Shown one piece after another: positions 37,595-46,812 of a stretch of DNA of 64,000 bases. Source of the stretch: Pseudomonadota bacterium (lineage in GTDB: Bacteria; Myxococcota; JACRCW01; JAFGSX01); contig JBDRCO010000046.1 in assembly GCA_043821645.1 (NCBI GenBank), positions 1-64,000 on the forward strand. The letters run 5' to 3'. The notes under the pieces were generated by a model. That model worked only from the letters and a program-made list of their open reading frames with translations, was not told the DNA's origin and did no database searches. The position numbers and the translations under genes are program-made. Positions within the stretch are counted from its first letter, which is position 1, and each line of letters begins with the position of its first letter.

Positions 37595-38985
37595 CGACCG
37601 CCGATGCACTGAAGGGGTACCGGGGTCGGGCCCGGGAGCGCTTGACCGAGCTGGGCGTGCGCGTGTGGAGCGATGTGCAGCTCACCAACGACGCGGGCAG
37701 CGTGTTCGAGGGCGTGATCCTGCCGCGCAGCGTGACCTTCGACGACCTGCACGTCGTGCTCAAGCTGAAGACAGGCTACAACGTGGGCGTTCACGTCGAC
37801 CGCATCACCAAGGTGACCGAGGTCGGATACAAGGAAGCCCACTACAAGATTCCCGAGCAGGAGTTCCCCAGGCGCGACAACCTGCCCAGCGTGACGCTGC
37901 TCGGCACCGGCGGCACCATCGCCTCGCGCCTGGACTACCGCACCGGCGCGGTGATCCCGGCCTTCACACCGGGTGAGCTGTATGGCGCCGTGCCCGAGCT
38001 GGCCGACATCTGCAACCTGACCACCAAGAAGCTGTTCGGGGTCTTTTCCGAGAACATGGCGCGCGAGGAGTACATCACCCTGGCGCAGGCCATCGGCGAC
38101 GAGATCGCGGCCGGCGCCGACGGCATCGTCATCGGCCACGGCACCGACACCATGGGTCATACCGCGGCCATCTTGTCCTTCATGGTGCAGGAGCCGCCGG
38201 TCCCCATCGTCATGGTGGGCAGCCAGCGCTCCAGCGACCGGCCATCGTCGGACGCGGCGCTCAACCTGATCCACGCGGTCAACACCGCGGCCTACAGCGA
38301 CATCGCCGAGGTCATGATCAGCATGTTCGGTCCGACCTCGGACCGCTACGGCCTGCTGCATTGCGGTACGCGCTGCCGCAAGATGCACAGCTCGTATCGC
38401 TCGACCTTCCGCACCGTCGGCGACATCCCTCTGGCCACCGTCAGCCGCGATGGCTTCACACCCATCACCGAGATCTACCGCCACCGCGACAAGACGCGGC
38501 GGGTGAAGATCGACGCGGTGTACGACGACCGCACCACCATTCTCTATTACTACCCGGGCATGCACCCCGACCTCGTCGACGGCCTGGTCGAGAAGGGCTA
38601 TCGCGGCATCGTCATCGCCGGCACGGGTCTGGGCCACATCAACAAGCCCCTGTACCCAGCCATCAAGCGCGCGGTGGACGCCGGTGTGCACGTCGTCATG
38701 ACCGTGCAGACCCTGTGGGGCTACGCCCAGATGTACGTGTACGAGACCGGCCGCGAGCTGCTGAACCTGGGCATCGTGCCCCTGGACAACATGCTCCCCG
38801 AGACCGCGCTGATGAAGCTGAGCTGGGTGCTCGGGCACGAGGGCCTGTCGCGCGACGAGGTCGTGCGCATGATGCAGACCTCGATCAACCGCGAGATCAC
38901 GCCCCGCGAGCCACACAACGGCTACCTGATCATGCAGGGCGGCCTGCCCGAGATGGACGAGTACATCGCCACCCACTGGAAGTGA
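37591..38985 (+). CDS. gatD: Glu-tRNA(Gln) amidotransferase subunit D
   Basis: N-terminal KLKTGYNVG domain, then TGGTIASRLDYRTGAV, HGTDTM, VGSQRSSDRPSSDA, RKMHSS, GTGLGH, MLPETALMKLSW; ATGA-coupled to gatE. Confidence 0.95.
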   Translation: MTTADALKGYRGRARERLTELGVRVWSDVQLTNDAGSVFEGVILPRSVTFDDLHVVLKLKTGYNVGVHVDRITKVTEVGYKEAHYKIPEQEFPRRDNLPSVTLLGTGGTIASRLDYRTGAVIPAFTPGELYGAVPELADICNLTTKKLFGVFSENMAREEYITLAQAIGDEIAAGADGIVIGHGTDTMGHTAAILSFMVQEPPVPIVMVGSQRSSDRPSSDAALNLIHAVNTAAYSDIAEVMISMFGPTSDRYGLLHCGTRCRKMHSSYRSTFRTVGDIPLATVSRDGFTPITEIYRHRDKTRRVKIDAVYDDRTTILYYYPGMHPDLVDGLVEKGYRGIVIAGTGLGHINKPLYPAIKRAVDAGVHVVMTVQTLWGYAQMYVYETGRELLNLGIVPLDNMLPETALMKLSWVLGHEGLSRDEVVRMMQTSINREITPREPHNGYLIMQGGLPEMDEYIATHWK

Positions 38986-38992
38986 CCGGGAG

Positions 38993-39012
38993 ACCGCGAG
39001 GCTGCCTCGCGA
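38993..39012. terminator. GC hairpin between convergent gatD and hydrogenase genes
   Basis: CGCGAGG-ctg-CCTCGCG; no U-tract. Confidence 0.4.
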
Positions 39013-40290
39013 TCAGTGCACCGAGCAGCTGATGCAGGGATCGTAGGCCCGCACCAGCATCTCGCACAGCAGCGTGGCCTTGCTGTCGTCGACGCCCTGC
39101 CCGGCCAGCCAGGGTGCGAGTGCTTGCAGGTCGAGGTGGATGTTCTTGTTGTTCTGGGTGGTGGGGATCACGCAGTCGGCCTTCTGGATGCATCCTTCGC
39201 CGTCGATCTCGTAGCAATGGTAGAGGATGCCGCGCGGTACCTCGACCGCGCCCACGCCGCGGCCAGCGCGAGGCTGCACCGGCACCTGGATCTCGCCCCG
39301 GGGATTGGCCAGCACCTCGTCGATGAGGCGGATGGTGTCGTGGGTGACGTGCACGCACTCGACCAGCTGCGCCACGCTGTTCATGTAGGGGTTGTGGCAG
39401 ACCGGCTTGAGCCCAAGCACGGCCGCGGTTTGCCGCGCCTCGTCGTGCAGCAGCGCGAAGTTGTTGTTGATGCGTGCCAGGGCACCCACCCCGAAGCTCG
39501 GCCGTGACAGAGAACACCACTTGCTGGTGTTGTCGTCGGTGACCACCTCGTTGGTCATGGCCAGGTACTCGGGCTCCTGCTTGAGCACGCCGTCGCTGGA
39601 AACCAGGTCGCCGCCAATCCAGGGGAAGCTGGCCGTGCCCTTGAGCGACACCCACTCGGTCTCACGCACGAAGTCCGGGATCGCGAAGGTGCTGAACAGG
39701 CCCACCACCGTGGCCTCGAGATCGGCCAGCGAGCTTTCGAGCTGATCGCGCAGGCGCTTGAGGGTGTCGCCATCCGGGCGCCGGGCCACGCCTCCGGGAA
39801 CCAGCGACACGGGGTGGGTGGTGCGGCCTGCGATCACGTCGCACAGCTGGTTGGCCATGCCCTTGAGCTGGCGCGCCAGGTGAAACACCTCGGGGTTCTT
39901 CTCCTGGAGCGGGAGCGCCGAGGGCAAGCCCAGGAAGTCCGGCGCGGCCAGGAAGAACAGGTGCAGGTAGTGGCTCTGCAGGGTCTCGCCATGCTTGGCG
40001 AGCAGCCGCAGCGTGTCCGCCAGGGGTGGGGTCACGATTCCCATCGCGTGCTCGGTGGCGCGCAGGCTGCACAGCGCGTGCCCGATCGAACAGATGCCGC
40101 AGATGCGCGCGGTGAGCTGGGCCGCGCTCGAGAAGTGCTTGCCCCGCAGCATGACCTCGAAGTAGCGGGGGGTCTCGACCACCTCCCAGCGCGCCTCGAC
40201 CAGCTGTCCATCCCGGACCTGAACGTGGATGTTGCCGTGGCCCTCGACCCGAGCCAGGTGATGCACATCGACGTTGAGATCGACCTTCAT
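39013..40290 (-). CDS. [NiFe]-hydrogenase large (alpha) subunit, group 3b sulfhydrogenase type
   Basis: ARVEGHG, L1 ARICGICSIGH, EVPRGILYH, L2 RAYDPCISCSVH. Confidence 0.95.
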   Translation of the reverse strand: MKVDLNVDVHHLARVEGHGNIHVQVRDGQLVEARWEVVETPRYFEVMLRGKHFSSAAQLTARICGICSIGHALCSLRATEHAMGIVTPPLADTLRLLAKHGETLQSHYLHLFFLAAPDFLGLPSALPLQEKNPEVFHLARQLKGMANQLCDVIAGRTTHPVSLVPGGVARRPDGDTLKRLRDQLESSLADLEATVVGLFSTFAIPDFVRETEWVSLKGTASFPWIGGDLVSSDGVLKQEPEYLAMTNEVVTDDNTSKWCSLSRPSFGVGALARINNNFALLHDEARQTAAVLGLKPVCHNPYMNSVAQLVECVHVTHDTIRLIDEVLANPRGEIQVPVQPRAGRGVGAVEVPRGILYHCYEIDGEGCIQKADCVIPTTQNNKNIHLDLQALAPWLAGQGVDDSKATLLCEMLVRAYDPCISCSVH

Positions 40291-41081
40291 GCGCTCACCT
40301 CGTGCTCGGGACTGCCCATCCTGGTGGCGGGTGGCTGCGCCGTGAAGCCGCCAAAGAACCCCAGACGCTCGCCAAGTTCCGTGGTGGAGAACCCCCTGTC
40401 CAGGGCGATGCGGCAGAACTCGTCGACGTTGGCTTCGTCGCTGGGGCCGCGGCAGCCCCAGCACGCCAGGCCGCCGGCGGGACAGGGCGCATCGCAGCCG
40501 CCGCGGGTGATCGGACCCAGGCACAGCTGACCGCGGTCGAAGGCGCAGGTCACGAAACGTTGCTTGCACTCGACGCAGACCGGGTGGCGCGGGAAGCGAA
40601 AGGGGACGCCCCACACCAGGTGCTGCACGATGCGCTCGACCTCGCGCTTGCTCACCGGGCAGCCCGGTATGGCGAGGTCCACCGCCACCACCTCGTGCAC
40701 CGCGCGCACGGTCGTCGTGGGTTTGGGGTGATCGCCGTACACGATGCGGTTGGCCTCGTCCAGGTCATAGGCGTTCTTCTGTCTGGCCACCCCGCCGAAG
40801 CAGGCACAGGCGCCCAGGGCCACCAGGGTCTTGGCGCGCGCGCGCACCCGGGTGAGGCGTTCCACCTCGTCCGCGCGGGTGATGGCGCCCTCGATGAGCG
40901 CCACGTCGTAATCGTCACCGTGGGCCGAGCTCACCTCGCGAAAGTCCACCACCTCGATGAGGTCGAGGAAGTGGTGCAGGCTGTCCTCCTTGTTGGCCAG
41001 CTGCAGCTCGCAACCCTCGCAGGAGGTGAAGTCGAACACCGCGATCTTGATCTTGTTGGGCGTGATCCCCAGGTAGCGCAT
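40287..41081 (-). CDS. Group 3b hydrogenase small (delta) subunit
   Basis: FTSCEGC, IEGA, ALGACACFGG, IPGCP, VCVEC, CLGPITRGGCDAPCP..CWGCRG. Confidence 0.93.
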   Translation of the reverse strand: MRYLGITPNKIKIAVFDFTSCEGCELQLANKEDSLHHFLDLIEVVDFREVSSAHGDDYDVALIEGAITRADEVERLTRVRARAKTLVALGACACFGGVARQKNAYDLDEANRIVYGDHPKPTTTVRAVHEVVAVDLAIPGCPVSKREVERIVQHLVWGVPFRFPRHPVCVECKQRFVTCAFDRGQLCLGPITRGGCDAPCPAGGLACWGCRGPSDEANVDEFCRIALDRGFSTTELGERLGFFGGFTAQPPATRMGSPEHEVSA

Positions 41082-41109
41082 GCCTGAACCTCGTCGAGAG
41101 ACGGTGCTA

Positions 41110-42066
41110 TCAGATCGCTTCTTTCAGGTTCATCACGGTCCAGAAATCGAACACCGGACCGTCCTGGCACACATAGGTCGACCCCACGTTGCAGCGGCAG
41201 CACTTGCCCATGCCGCAGTGCATGCGCCGCTCCAGCGACACGAACATGCGATCCATGGGCATGCCGAGCTGGCTCAGCCGCTGGCACACGAACTTGAACA
41301 TCACCGGTGGTCCGCACACGATGGCGTAGGTGCGCGCCATGTCCAGGTCGAGGCCGTCGAGCAACTTCGTCACCATCCCGACGTGCCCCGTCCACTGCGG
41401 CGTCGGTTTCTCGACCACGATGTCGAGCTGCACGCCGTCGACGCGGCGCCACTGCTCGTACTGGTAGTCGAACAGCAACTCGTCGGGCTCGCGGGTGCCG
41501 TACAGGATGTGCACCTGCTCGTAGTCCGAGCGGTTCTCGGTGACCGCGTAGATGGGCGCGCGCAGCGGCGCCAGCCCCAGGCCGCCGGCAATGAGCAGCA
41601 CGCTGTGGCCCTTCATCTTGTCCAGGGGAAAGTGCGAGCCAAAGGGTCCGCGGAGGCCGACCCGGGTACCGCGCCGGGCCCGATGCAGCACGCTGGTGAC
41701 CAGGCCAGCGTTGCGGATGCACAGCTCGAGGTAGCCCTTGTGGGACGGCGAGCTCGAGATGGAGATGGCCACCTCGCCGTAGCCTGGCACCGCGACCATC
41801 ACGAACTGCCCGGGCAAGAAGCCAAAGCGTTGCCGCTCCTGATCATCGTCGATGCGAAGGTGAAACAGCTTCTCCTTGTCGGTGAGCGGGACGATGGAGG
41901 TGATGGTGGCCGGGTACAGGCGGTCCACGTGCTTGAGCCGGCTGCGCCGGTTGTAGTCCACCGGCTCGAGCATCTCGGTCTCGCGCTTGATGTCGAAGGC
42001 GTGCAGCACCGGAGTGTGGGGGGCCGAGGGCGGGGTCCCGGGCTCGCGCGGCGTGGAGCTGTTCAT
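41110..42066 (-). CDS. Group 3b hydrogenase gamma subunit (FAD/NAD(P)-binding, 2Fe-2S)
   Basis: [53 protein letters not shown]. Confidence 0.93.
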   Translation of the reverse strand: MNSSTPREPGTPPSAPHTPVLHAFDIKRETEMLEPVDYNRRSRLKHVDRLYPATITSIVPLTDKEKLFHLRIDDDQERQRFGFLPGQFVMVAVPGYGEVAISISSSPSHKGYLELCIRNAGLVTSVLHRARRGTRVGLRGPFGSHFPLDKMKGHSVLLIAGGLGLAPLRAPIYAVTENRSDYEQVHILYGTREPDELLFDYQYEQWRRVDGVQLDIVVEKPTPQWTGHVGMVTKLLDGLDLDMARTYAIVCGPPVMFKFVCQRLSQLGMPMDRMFVSLERRMHCGMGKCCRCNVGSTYVCQDGPVFDFWTVMNLKEAI

Positions 42067-43106
42067 GTGCGATCCTCGTCTTGCAGGTCGCGGATGACCT
42101 CGGGCGGGTTGATGCCGGCCAGACAGGCGCGACTGCAGCGGCCGCAGCCCACGCACTTGGGCTCCTCGAAGCTCTCCACGAAGCCGCGGTGCTGGTGGTA
42201 GTAGCGGTACTTGAGCCGCGTGCCGCTCTTGGGCCTGAAGTTGTGGCCGCCCGCCACCTCGGCGAAGTCGATCAGGTTGCACGAGTACAGCTGCTTGACC
42301 CTGGCGCTGCTGCCGTGATCCAGGGCCACGCGCTCGTGGACGCCGTAGCAGTAGCAGGTGGGGCAGACCATGGCGCAGGCTCCGCAGCTCAGACACTTCT
42401 GCCCCCAGCGCGTCCACACCTCGCTCTCGAACTCGATGTCGAGCAGGTTGGGCAGGTTCTCGGTCTGCACCACCGTGTCGAAGCCCTCGCTGTTGTCGCG
42501 GCGCACGCGGAGGTACGCGTCGCTGTCCTCCTCGGTCACATCGCGGGGGCCGACCTTCTGCAGCATGGTGAAGGCGCGGTCCGAGGCGATGGCCACGAAG
42601 TAGCGGTCCCCGAGATCGGTGAGGAACAGGTCGAAGCCATGGGTCGCGCTGTCCGCGCCCATGGAGCGGCAGAAGCCGCCCTTGCAGGGCTTGTGGTCCA
42701 GGCCCACGACGAAGGTGTTGCGCCGCCGCGAGATGTAATAGGGGCTGGGGAAGAAGTCCCGGGCCAGCACCTTGTCCAGCTTGACCAGCGCGTTGATGTC
42801 GCAGGCATGCAGTCCGATCAGGGCCCGCGGCTGCAGGCGGTAGCGGATGTCCTGCTCCCAGCCGTCGTCGTCAAAGCGAAAGGTCGACAGGTTCTCCTTG
42901 AAGGGCAAGAAGTAGGTCTTGGCCGAGTACTCGGTGGTCTCGTAGTCCAGGTCCAGCGCGTCGAAGCTGGTCACGGGCAGGAACTGGTGAATGGGCTGCC
43001 CGTCGCCGCGCTGGCCTATACACCTGGGGCCAATGACCTCGTTGGTGCTCAGGATCAGCTCGACCAGGTTGCGAAACAGCGGCTTGTCCAGCACTCGGAA
43101 CAGCAT
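42063..43106 (-). CDS. Group 3b hydrogenase beta subunit (AsrA-like, 4Fe-4S dicluster)
   Basis: [35 protein letters not shown]. Confidence 0.92.
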   Translation of the reverse strand: MLFRVLDKPLFRNLVELILSTNEVIGPRCIGQRGDGQPIHQFLPVTSFDALDLDYETTEYSAKTYFLPFKENLSTFRFDDDGWEQDIRYRLQPRALIGLHACDINALVKLDKVLARDFFPSPYYISRRRNTFVVGLDHKPCKGGFCRSMGADSATHGFDLFLTDLGDRYFVAIASDRAFTMLQKVGPRDVTEEDSDAYLRVRRDNSEGFDTVVQTENLPNLLDIEFESEVWTRWGQKCLSCGACAMVCPTCYCYGVHERVALDHGSSARVKQLYSCNLIDFAEVAGGHNFRPKSGTRLKYRYYHQHRGFVESFEEPKCVGCGRCSRACLAGINPPEVIRDLQDEDRT

Positions 43107-43256
43107 GACGAACTCCACCGCGAGTGTGAACCCAGCACATCGTCCCAGGCGACAACCTGCAATGGGCAAATCAATGCATCTGGGCTCGCAATTATTGTGA
43201 TTCCGATGGCCGATCGTGATGCATGGTACACTGACCGTCATCAGCGTGGAGCAATT

Positions 43257-45347
43257 GTGACCGCACCCGCTCCCTCGACCCTGTGCCGTGCCCTGGGCAT
43301 GCTGGGCGTGCTCCTGGGGCTGGCTTGCCCCGGTCCCTCGCCACAGATCGTGTGCCGCGACGATCGCTCCTGCCCGACAGGGTACTTCTGTGCGCTTCCC
43401 GAGGGCCTGTGTCATCGTCGGGCGCTGCCCGGGGATGCGAGCGCGGGCGACGTCACTCCTGGCGATGCCTCGGGTCAGGATCACGCAGCCCTGGACAGCG
43501 CCGGCGCCGACCTGCTGACCGCCGATGCAGCCAGCACGGATTCGTCCCTGGCCGACGCCAGTGTGGACGAGACGGGTGGCCTGGATCGATCCCCCGCCGA
43601 TGTCACGACCGCGGATTCCTCGGGCAGCGATGTCCTCGCTGGCGACGCCGCGGGTGCAGACCTCACCGGCCAGGATGGGGGTTCGCCGCTCCCCCGCATC
43701 GCGGGTTTGCAGGCGGTCCCGGCCTCGGTGATCTACGGAGCCAGCACCGAGATCCGCTTCACTCCGCACGACGCCACGCAGTGCACGATCGACCAGGTCG
43801 CGGTGCTCATCAACGCGGGCGGGCAGGTCCAGCACAGCCTGGCACCCAGCGCCACCCGTCACATCGAGGTGTGCTGCACGGGGCCCGGTGGCCAGGTCTG
43901 CGCCAGCGTCGAGGTCGCGGTCGAGTGCACCAACCCGCAACCCGTGAACGGGCCTGTGATCATCCACGATGCGGCCGAGCTCGTGGAGCTCGGAAACTCC
44001 GTCTCGGGCTGCTGGAGGGTGCAGGGCCACCTGACCATAGGGCCCAGTGCCAGCCTCTTCGACCTGGCCCCTCTGCGGGGCCTGGTCGAGGTCACGGGCA
44101 CGCTGGACATCACCGACAACGCCGACCTGTCACACCTCACCGGGCTCGAGGCCCTGCACACCGTGGGCGGTGCGCTGTACCTGGGGCACTATGACAATGC
44201 GCAGGGGGTTCACCTGGGCAACGACTCGCTGCAGGACGTCCACGCCCTGAGTGGCCTGCGCCAGATCGGCGGCTCGCTCACCGTGCAGCTGTCGCCGGAG
44301 CTCGGCAGCCTGCACGGCCTCGAGGAGTTGCAGACCCTGGGCGGTCACCTGCTGGTGCAGCACTGCAACGACCTCGGCGATGTGCGGGCCCTGCACCGGC
44401 TACAGAGCATGGGCGCCTACCTCTGGCTCGAGGACCTGCCCCGGCTGACCAGCCTGGAGGGCCTGCAGAACGTGAGTCAGGTGGGCACGGACCTGGGGCT
44501 GGTGAGCCTGCCACAGCTCACGGATCTGCGCGCACTCGAGTTCCTGCACGCAGACCTGCACAGCCTGTACGTGACCAGCTGTCCGCTGCTGCAGGACCTC
44601 AGCGGACTGCAGAACCTGCGCATCTCGCAGTGGCTGCAGATCCGAAGCAACGACGGCCTGGTCACCCTGCAGGGCTTGCCGCAGACCGTCAGCGGCGTGC
44701 TCACCCACGTCGAGATCTACGATCATCCCCTGCTGCAGAGCCTGGACGGCCTGGACAGCCTGGTGCACGTGCGCCTGGACCCCGCCCGCGTCTGCACCCA
44801 GGCCCGCCGCACAGCCAAGAGCTGCGCCGGCATGCTCGCGATCCATGACAACGCCAGTTTGCCCGGGCTCGAAGGGTTGAACGCCCTGACCCAGGTCGAC
44901 GACTCCCTGGTCATCGAGGACAACGCCCGCCTGCAGCAGGTGGTCGCACTGAACGCCGTGCTGCACATCGGCGGCGAGCTCAGCGTGCAGCGCAACCCCC
45001 AGCTCATCAGCCTGGACGGGCTGCACCAGGTGGGCGAGATCGCGGCCGGCGTGATCATCGAGGATAACGACGCCCTGCTCGAGCTCGCCGGTCTCAGCGG
45101 CCTGGCGGTCCTGGGTGGTGAGGTCGGGCAGACACCCGACCTGTACTCCGGGGGCCTGGTCATCAACGGCAACCTGGTGCTGCACGATCTCGGGCTGCGT
45201 GCGGATTGCACCTTTGCAGGCAGCTTGTTTCAGATCACCAACAACGCCGCCCTGCCAACGGCCACGGCCTCGGCTCTGTACAGCGACTGGTGTGAGGGGA
45301 CCGGGTTGAACTGTCCGTTTGCGCTGATCGCGAACAACGGGCCGTGA
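43257..45347 (+). CDS. Secreted protein with receptor-L-domain-type leucine-rich repeats
   Basis: GGAG RBS + GTG; signal ending GLAC; Cys module; Asp-periodic linker; many LxxLxGLxxLxxVGGxLxIxxN repeats. Confidence 0.8.
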   Translation: MTAPAPSTLCRALGMLGVLLGLACPGPSPQIVCRDDRSCPTGYFCALPEGLCHRRALPGDASAGDVTPGDASGQDHAALDSAGADLLTADAASTDSSLADASVDETGGLDRSPADVTTADSSGSDVLAGDAAGADLTGQDGGSPLPRIAGLQAVPASVIYGASTEIRFTPHDATQCTIDQVAVLINAGGQVQHSLAPSATRHIEVCCTGPGGQVCASVEVAVECTNPQPVNGPVIIHDAAELVELGNSVSGCWRVQGHLTIGPSASLFDLAPLRGLVEVTGTLDITDNADLSHLTGLEALHTVGGALYLGHYDNAQGVHLGNDSLQDVHALSGLRQIGGSLTVQLSPELGSLHGLEELQTLGGHLLVQHCNDLGDVRALHRLQSMGAYLWLEDLPRLTSLEGLQNVSQVGTDLGLVSLPQLTDLRALEFLHADLHSLYVTSCPLLQDLSGLQNLRISQWLQIRSNDGLVTLQGLPQTVSGVLTHVEIYDHPLLQSLDGLDSLVHVRLDPARVCTQARRTAKSCAGMLAIHDNASLPGLEGLNALTQVDDSLVIEDNARLQQVVALNAVLHIGGELSVQRNPQLISLDGLHQVGEIAAGVIIEDNDALLELAGLSGLAVLGGEVGQTPDLYSGGLVINGNLVLHDLGLRADCTFAGSLFQITNNAALPTATASALYSDWCEGTGLNCPFALIANNGP

Positions 45348-45377
45348 GCGGCAGTGGCAGGGCGTCGGCTTCTGCGA

Positions 45378-45554
45378 TCAGCTCGCACTTTGATGCAGCA
45401 CGCGGTCGGCCTCGGCCTTGGCCGCGTCGAGGCGAGCCAGGGCTTCCTTGAGGGCGCGCTTGGATTCGGCGTTGTGCGCTGTCTGGTGCTGCTTGAGGGC
45501 CGCGAAGTAGGCATTCTCGGTCTCGGTCAGGAGGTCGATCAGCTGGTCAAACAT
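45378..45554 (-). CDS. 58-aa helical-hairpin small protein
   Basis: GAGGAGG RBS before ATG; amphipathic helices; host-like codons. Confidence 0.65.
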   Translation of the reverse strand: MFDQLIDLLTETENAYFAALKQHQTAHNAESKRALKEALARLDAAKAEADRVLHQSAS

Positions 45555-45649
45555 GGCGTCCTCCTCTGTCCTGTCTCGCGTTTCCCGCTTGTGTACTTCA
45601 ACGCACCGCGTGCTCGAAAATTTCATTCGCTCGCATCGTCTCCATCTTG

Positions 45650-45665
45650 TGCAAGCTGGGGGCCA
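45650..45665 (-). promoter_or_regulatory. Putative sigma-54 (-24/-12) promoter
   Basis: Minus strand TGGCCCCCAGCTTGCA (GG-N10-GC, TTGCA). Confidence 0.55.
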
Positions 45666-45772
45666 ACGCGTGCCAGCCGCCGAAGTTCTGCTAAAAGACT
45701 ATTAATATTATAGTTTTACTGGAGAGCGGCGAGTTCGCGAGGCAAAGGCGCGTGCTGCACAATGCGACAGTT

Positions 45773-45814
45773 TTGCATCACAATGGCGGTGATGGCGCCC
45801 ACATTGTGATGCAA
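45773..45814. promoter_or_regulatory. 13-bp perfect inverted repeat, putative enhancer-binding-protein site
   Basis: TTGCATCACAATG-N16-CATTGTGATGCAA. Confidence 0.55.
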
Positions 45815-45897
45815 GTGCGCGCGCATACGTTTGATTTCTGGGATCTGTTTTTTGCAGCAGGTGAGGCCAGAAGTGGGCAGCCGGACAGGGCGGGCGC

Positions 45898-46692
45898 TCA
45901 GCCGCCGTACTGCCAGTGCCAGGGCTCGCGTGGAATGGTGCTGAAACCGTACTTCGAGGCGTTCTCGCGCAGCCAGTTGAGGCCCTTGCTGTTGACGTCG
46001 ACGTCGACGGCCAGTCCCCATCCGTGCTTGCTGGTGCCGGGCGTGGCAGCCAGACCGCCGTTCTTGTACAGACCCTTGCGCCGCGCCACGTCGACCTGGG
46101 CCTCGTAGGAGCGATAGGAATCGGTGACGCCGATGTTGACGCCGGCCTTGCGCGCGTCGGCGGCCATGCGCTGGAACGCCGCCGCAGCGGGACGCGCCAG
46201 GCGGTGATTGCCGACACCGATGGGGGACAGGGCCGAGCGTGGGATGCGCCCGTTGCCATACTTCTTGAGATCTGGCGGCACGCCACCACTCGTCCCCGAG
46301 CTGCCCGAGGTGCTGGTCGACTTTGGCCGCGGCGCGTCCACCCCGTCGCCCGAGCCGGTTGGCGCGCTCTTGGCCAGCATGCTGGTGCCCGGAGCCGCGC
46401 TCATGCCGTGCAAGGCAGCCCAGGTCTGCTGTCCGACCTTGCCGTCCACCTGCAGGCCCTTCTTCTGCTGGAACTGGCGCACCGCAGCCTGGGTCTTGGG
46501 TCCGAAGATGCCGTCGCTGGGGCCCGGGTCAATGCCGTTTTGCTTGAGCAGGTTCTGCAGTTCCTTGACCTCGGTCCCGCGCGCGCCGCGGCCCAGCATG
46601 TGATGGGTCTTCAGCGTGTCGGCAACGCTGGCAGAGCTGGCGGGGGTGCGCGAGGCGTTGCGGGTGGCGGTGGCATTGCTGACGGTGGTCAT
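45898..46692 (-). CDS. Peptidoglycan-binding domain + M15 (VanY-like) D,D-peptidase
   Basis: DGIFGPKTQAAVRQFQ...DGKVG PG-binding motif; SYRSY, PGTSKHGWGLAVD, EPWHW; AGGAG RBS. Confidence 0.9.
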   Translation of the reverse strand: MTTVSNATATRNASRTPASSASVADTLKTHHMLGRGARGTEVKELQNLLKQNGIDPGPSDGIFGPKTQAAVRQFQQKKGLQVDGKVGQQTWAALHGMSAAPGTSMLAKSAPTGSGDGVDAPRPKSTSTSGSSGTSGGVPPDLKKYGNGRIPRSALSPIGVGNHRLARPAAAAFQRMAADARKAGVNIGVTDSYRSYEAQVDVARRKGLYKNGGLAATPGTSKHGWGLAVDVDVNSKGLNWLRENASKYGFSTIPREPWHWQYGG

Positions 46693-46812
46693 GTCCTGCT
46701 CTCCTGGCGCGTTCGGTGTGTCTCTATGGAGGAGTTATCGCTCCCAGGTCGCCCGAGGTCGCGTCCATATGCATCGGTCAGTTGACGGATGGGGCTCGCG
46801 ATGTGAGCGGAA

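Noticed and set aside
37591-38985. Plain type I L-asparaginase next to a GatB
   Set aside because: The GatD-specific N-terminal domain and motifs, the GatE-specific insertion and the translational coupling favour GatDE; no gatA or gatC adjacent.
38993-39015. Selenocysteine read-through of the hydrogenase TGA with a SECIS-like hairpin
   Set aside because: The TGA follows the terminal His rather than replacing a ligand Cys (both L2 Cys are encoded). The hairpin fits a terminator-like structure between convergent genes.
43160-43200. FNR or Rex site upstream of the hydrogenase operon
   Set aside because: Only an ATCAA half-site and an imperfect TCGCAAT-T-ATTGTGA palindrome; neither matches the full consensus.
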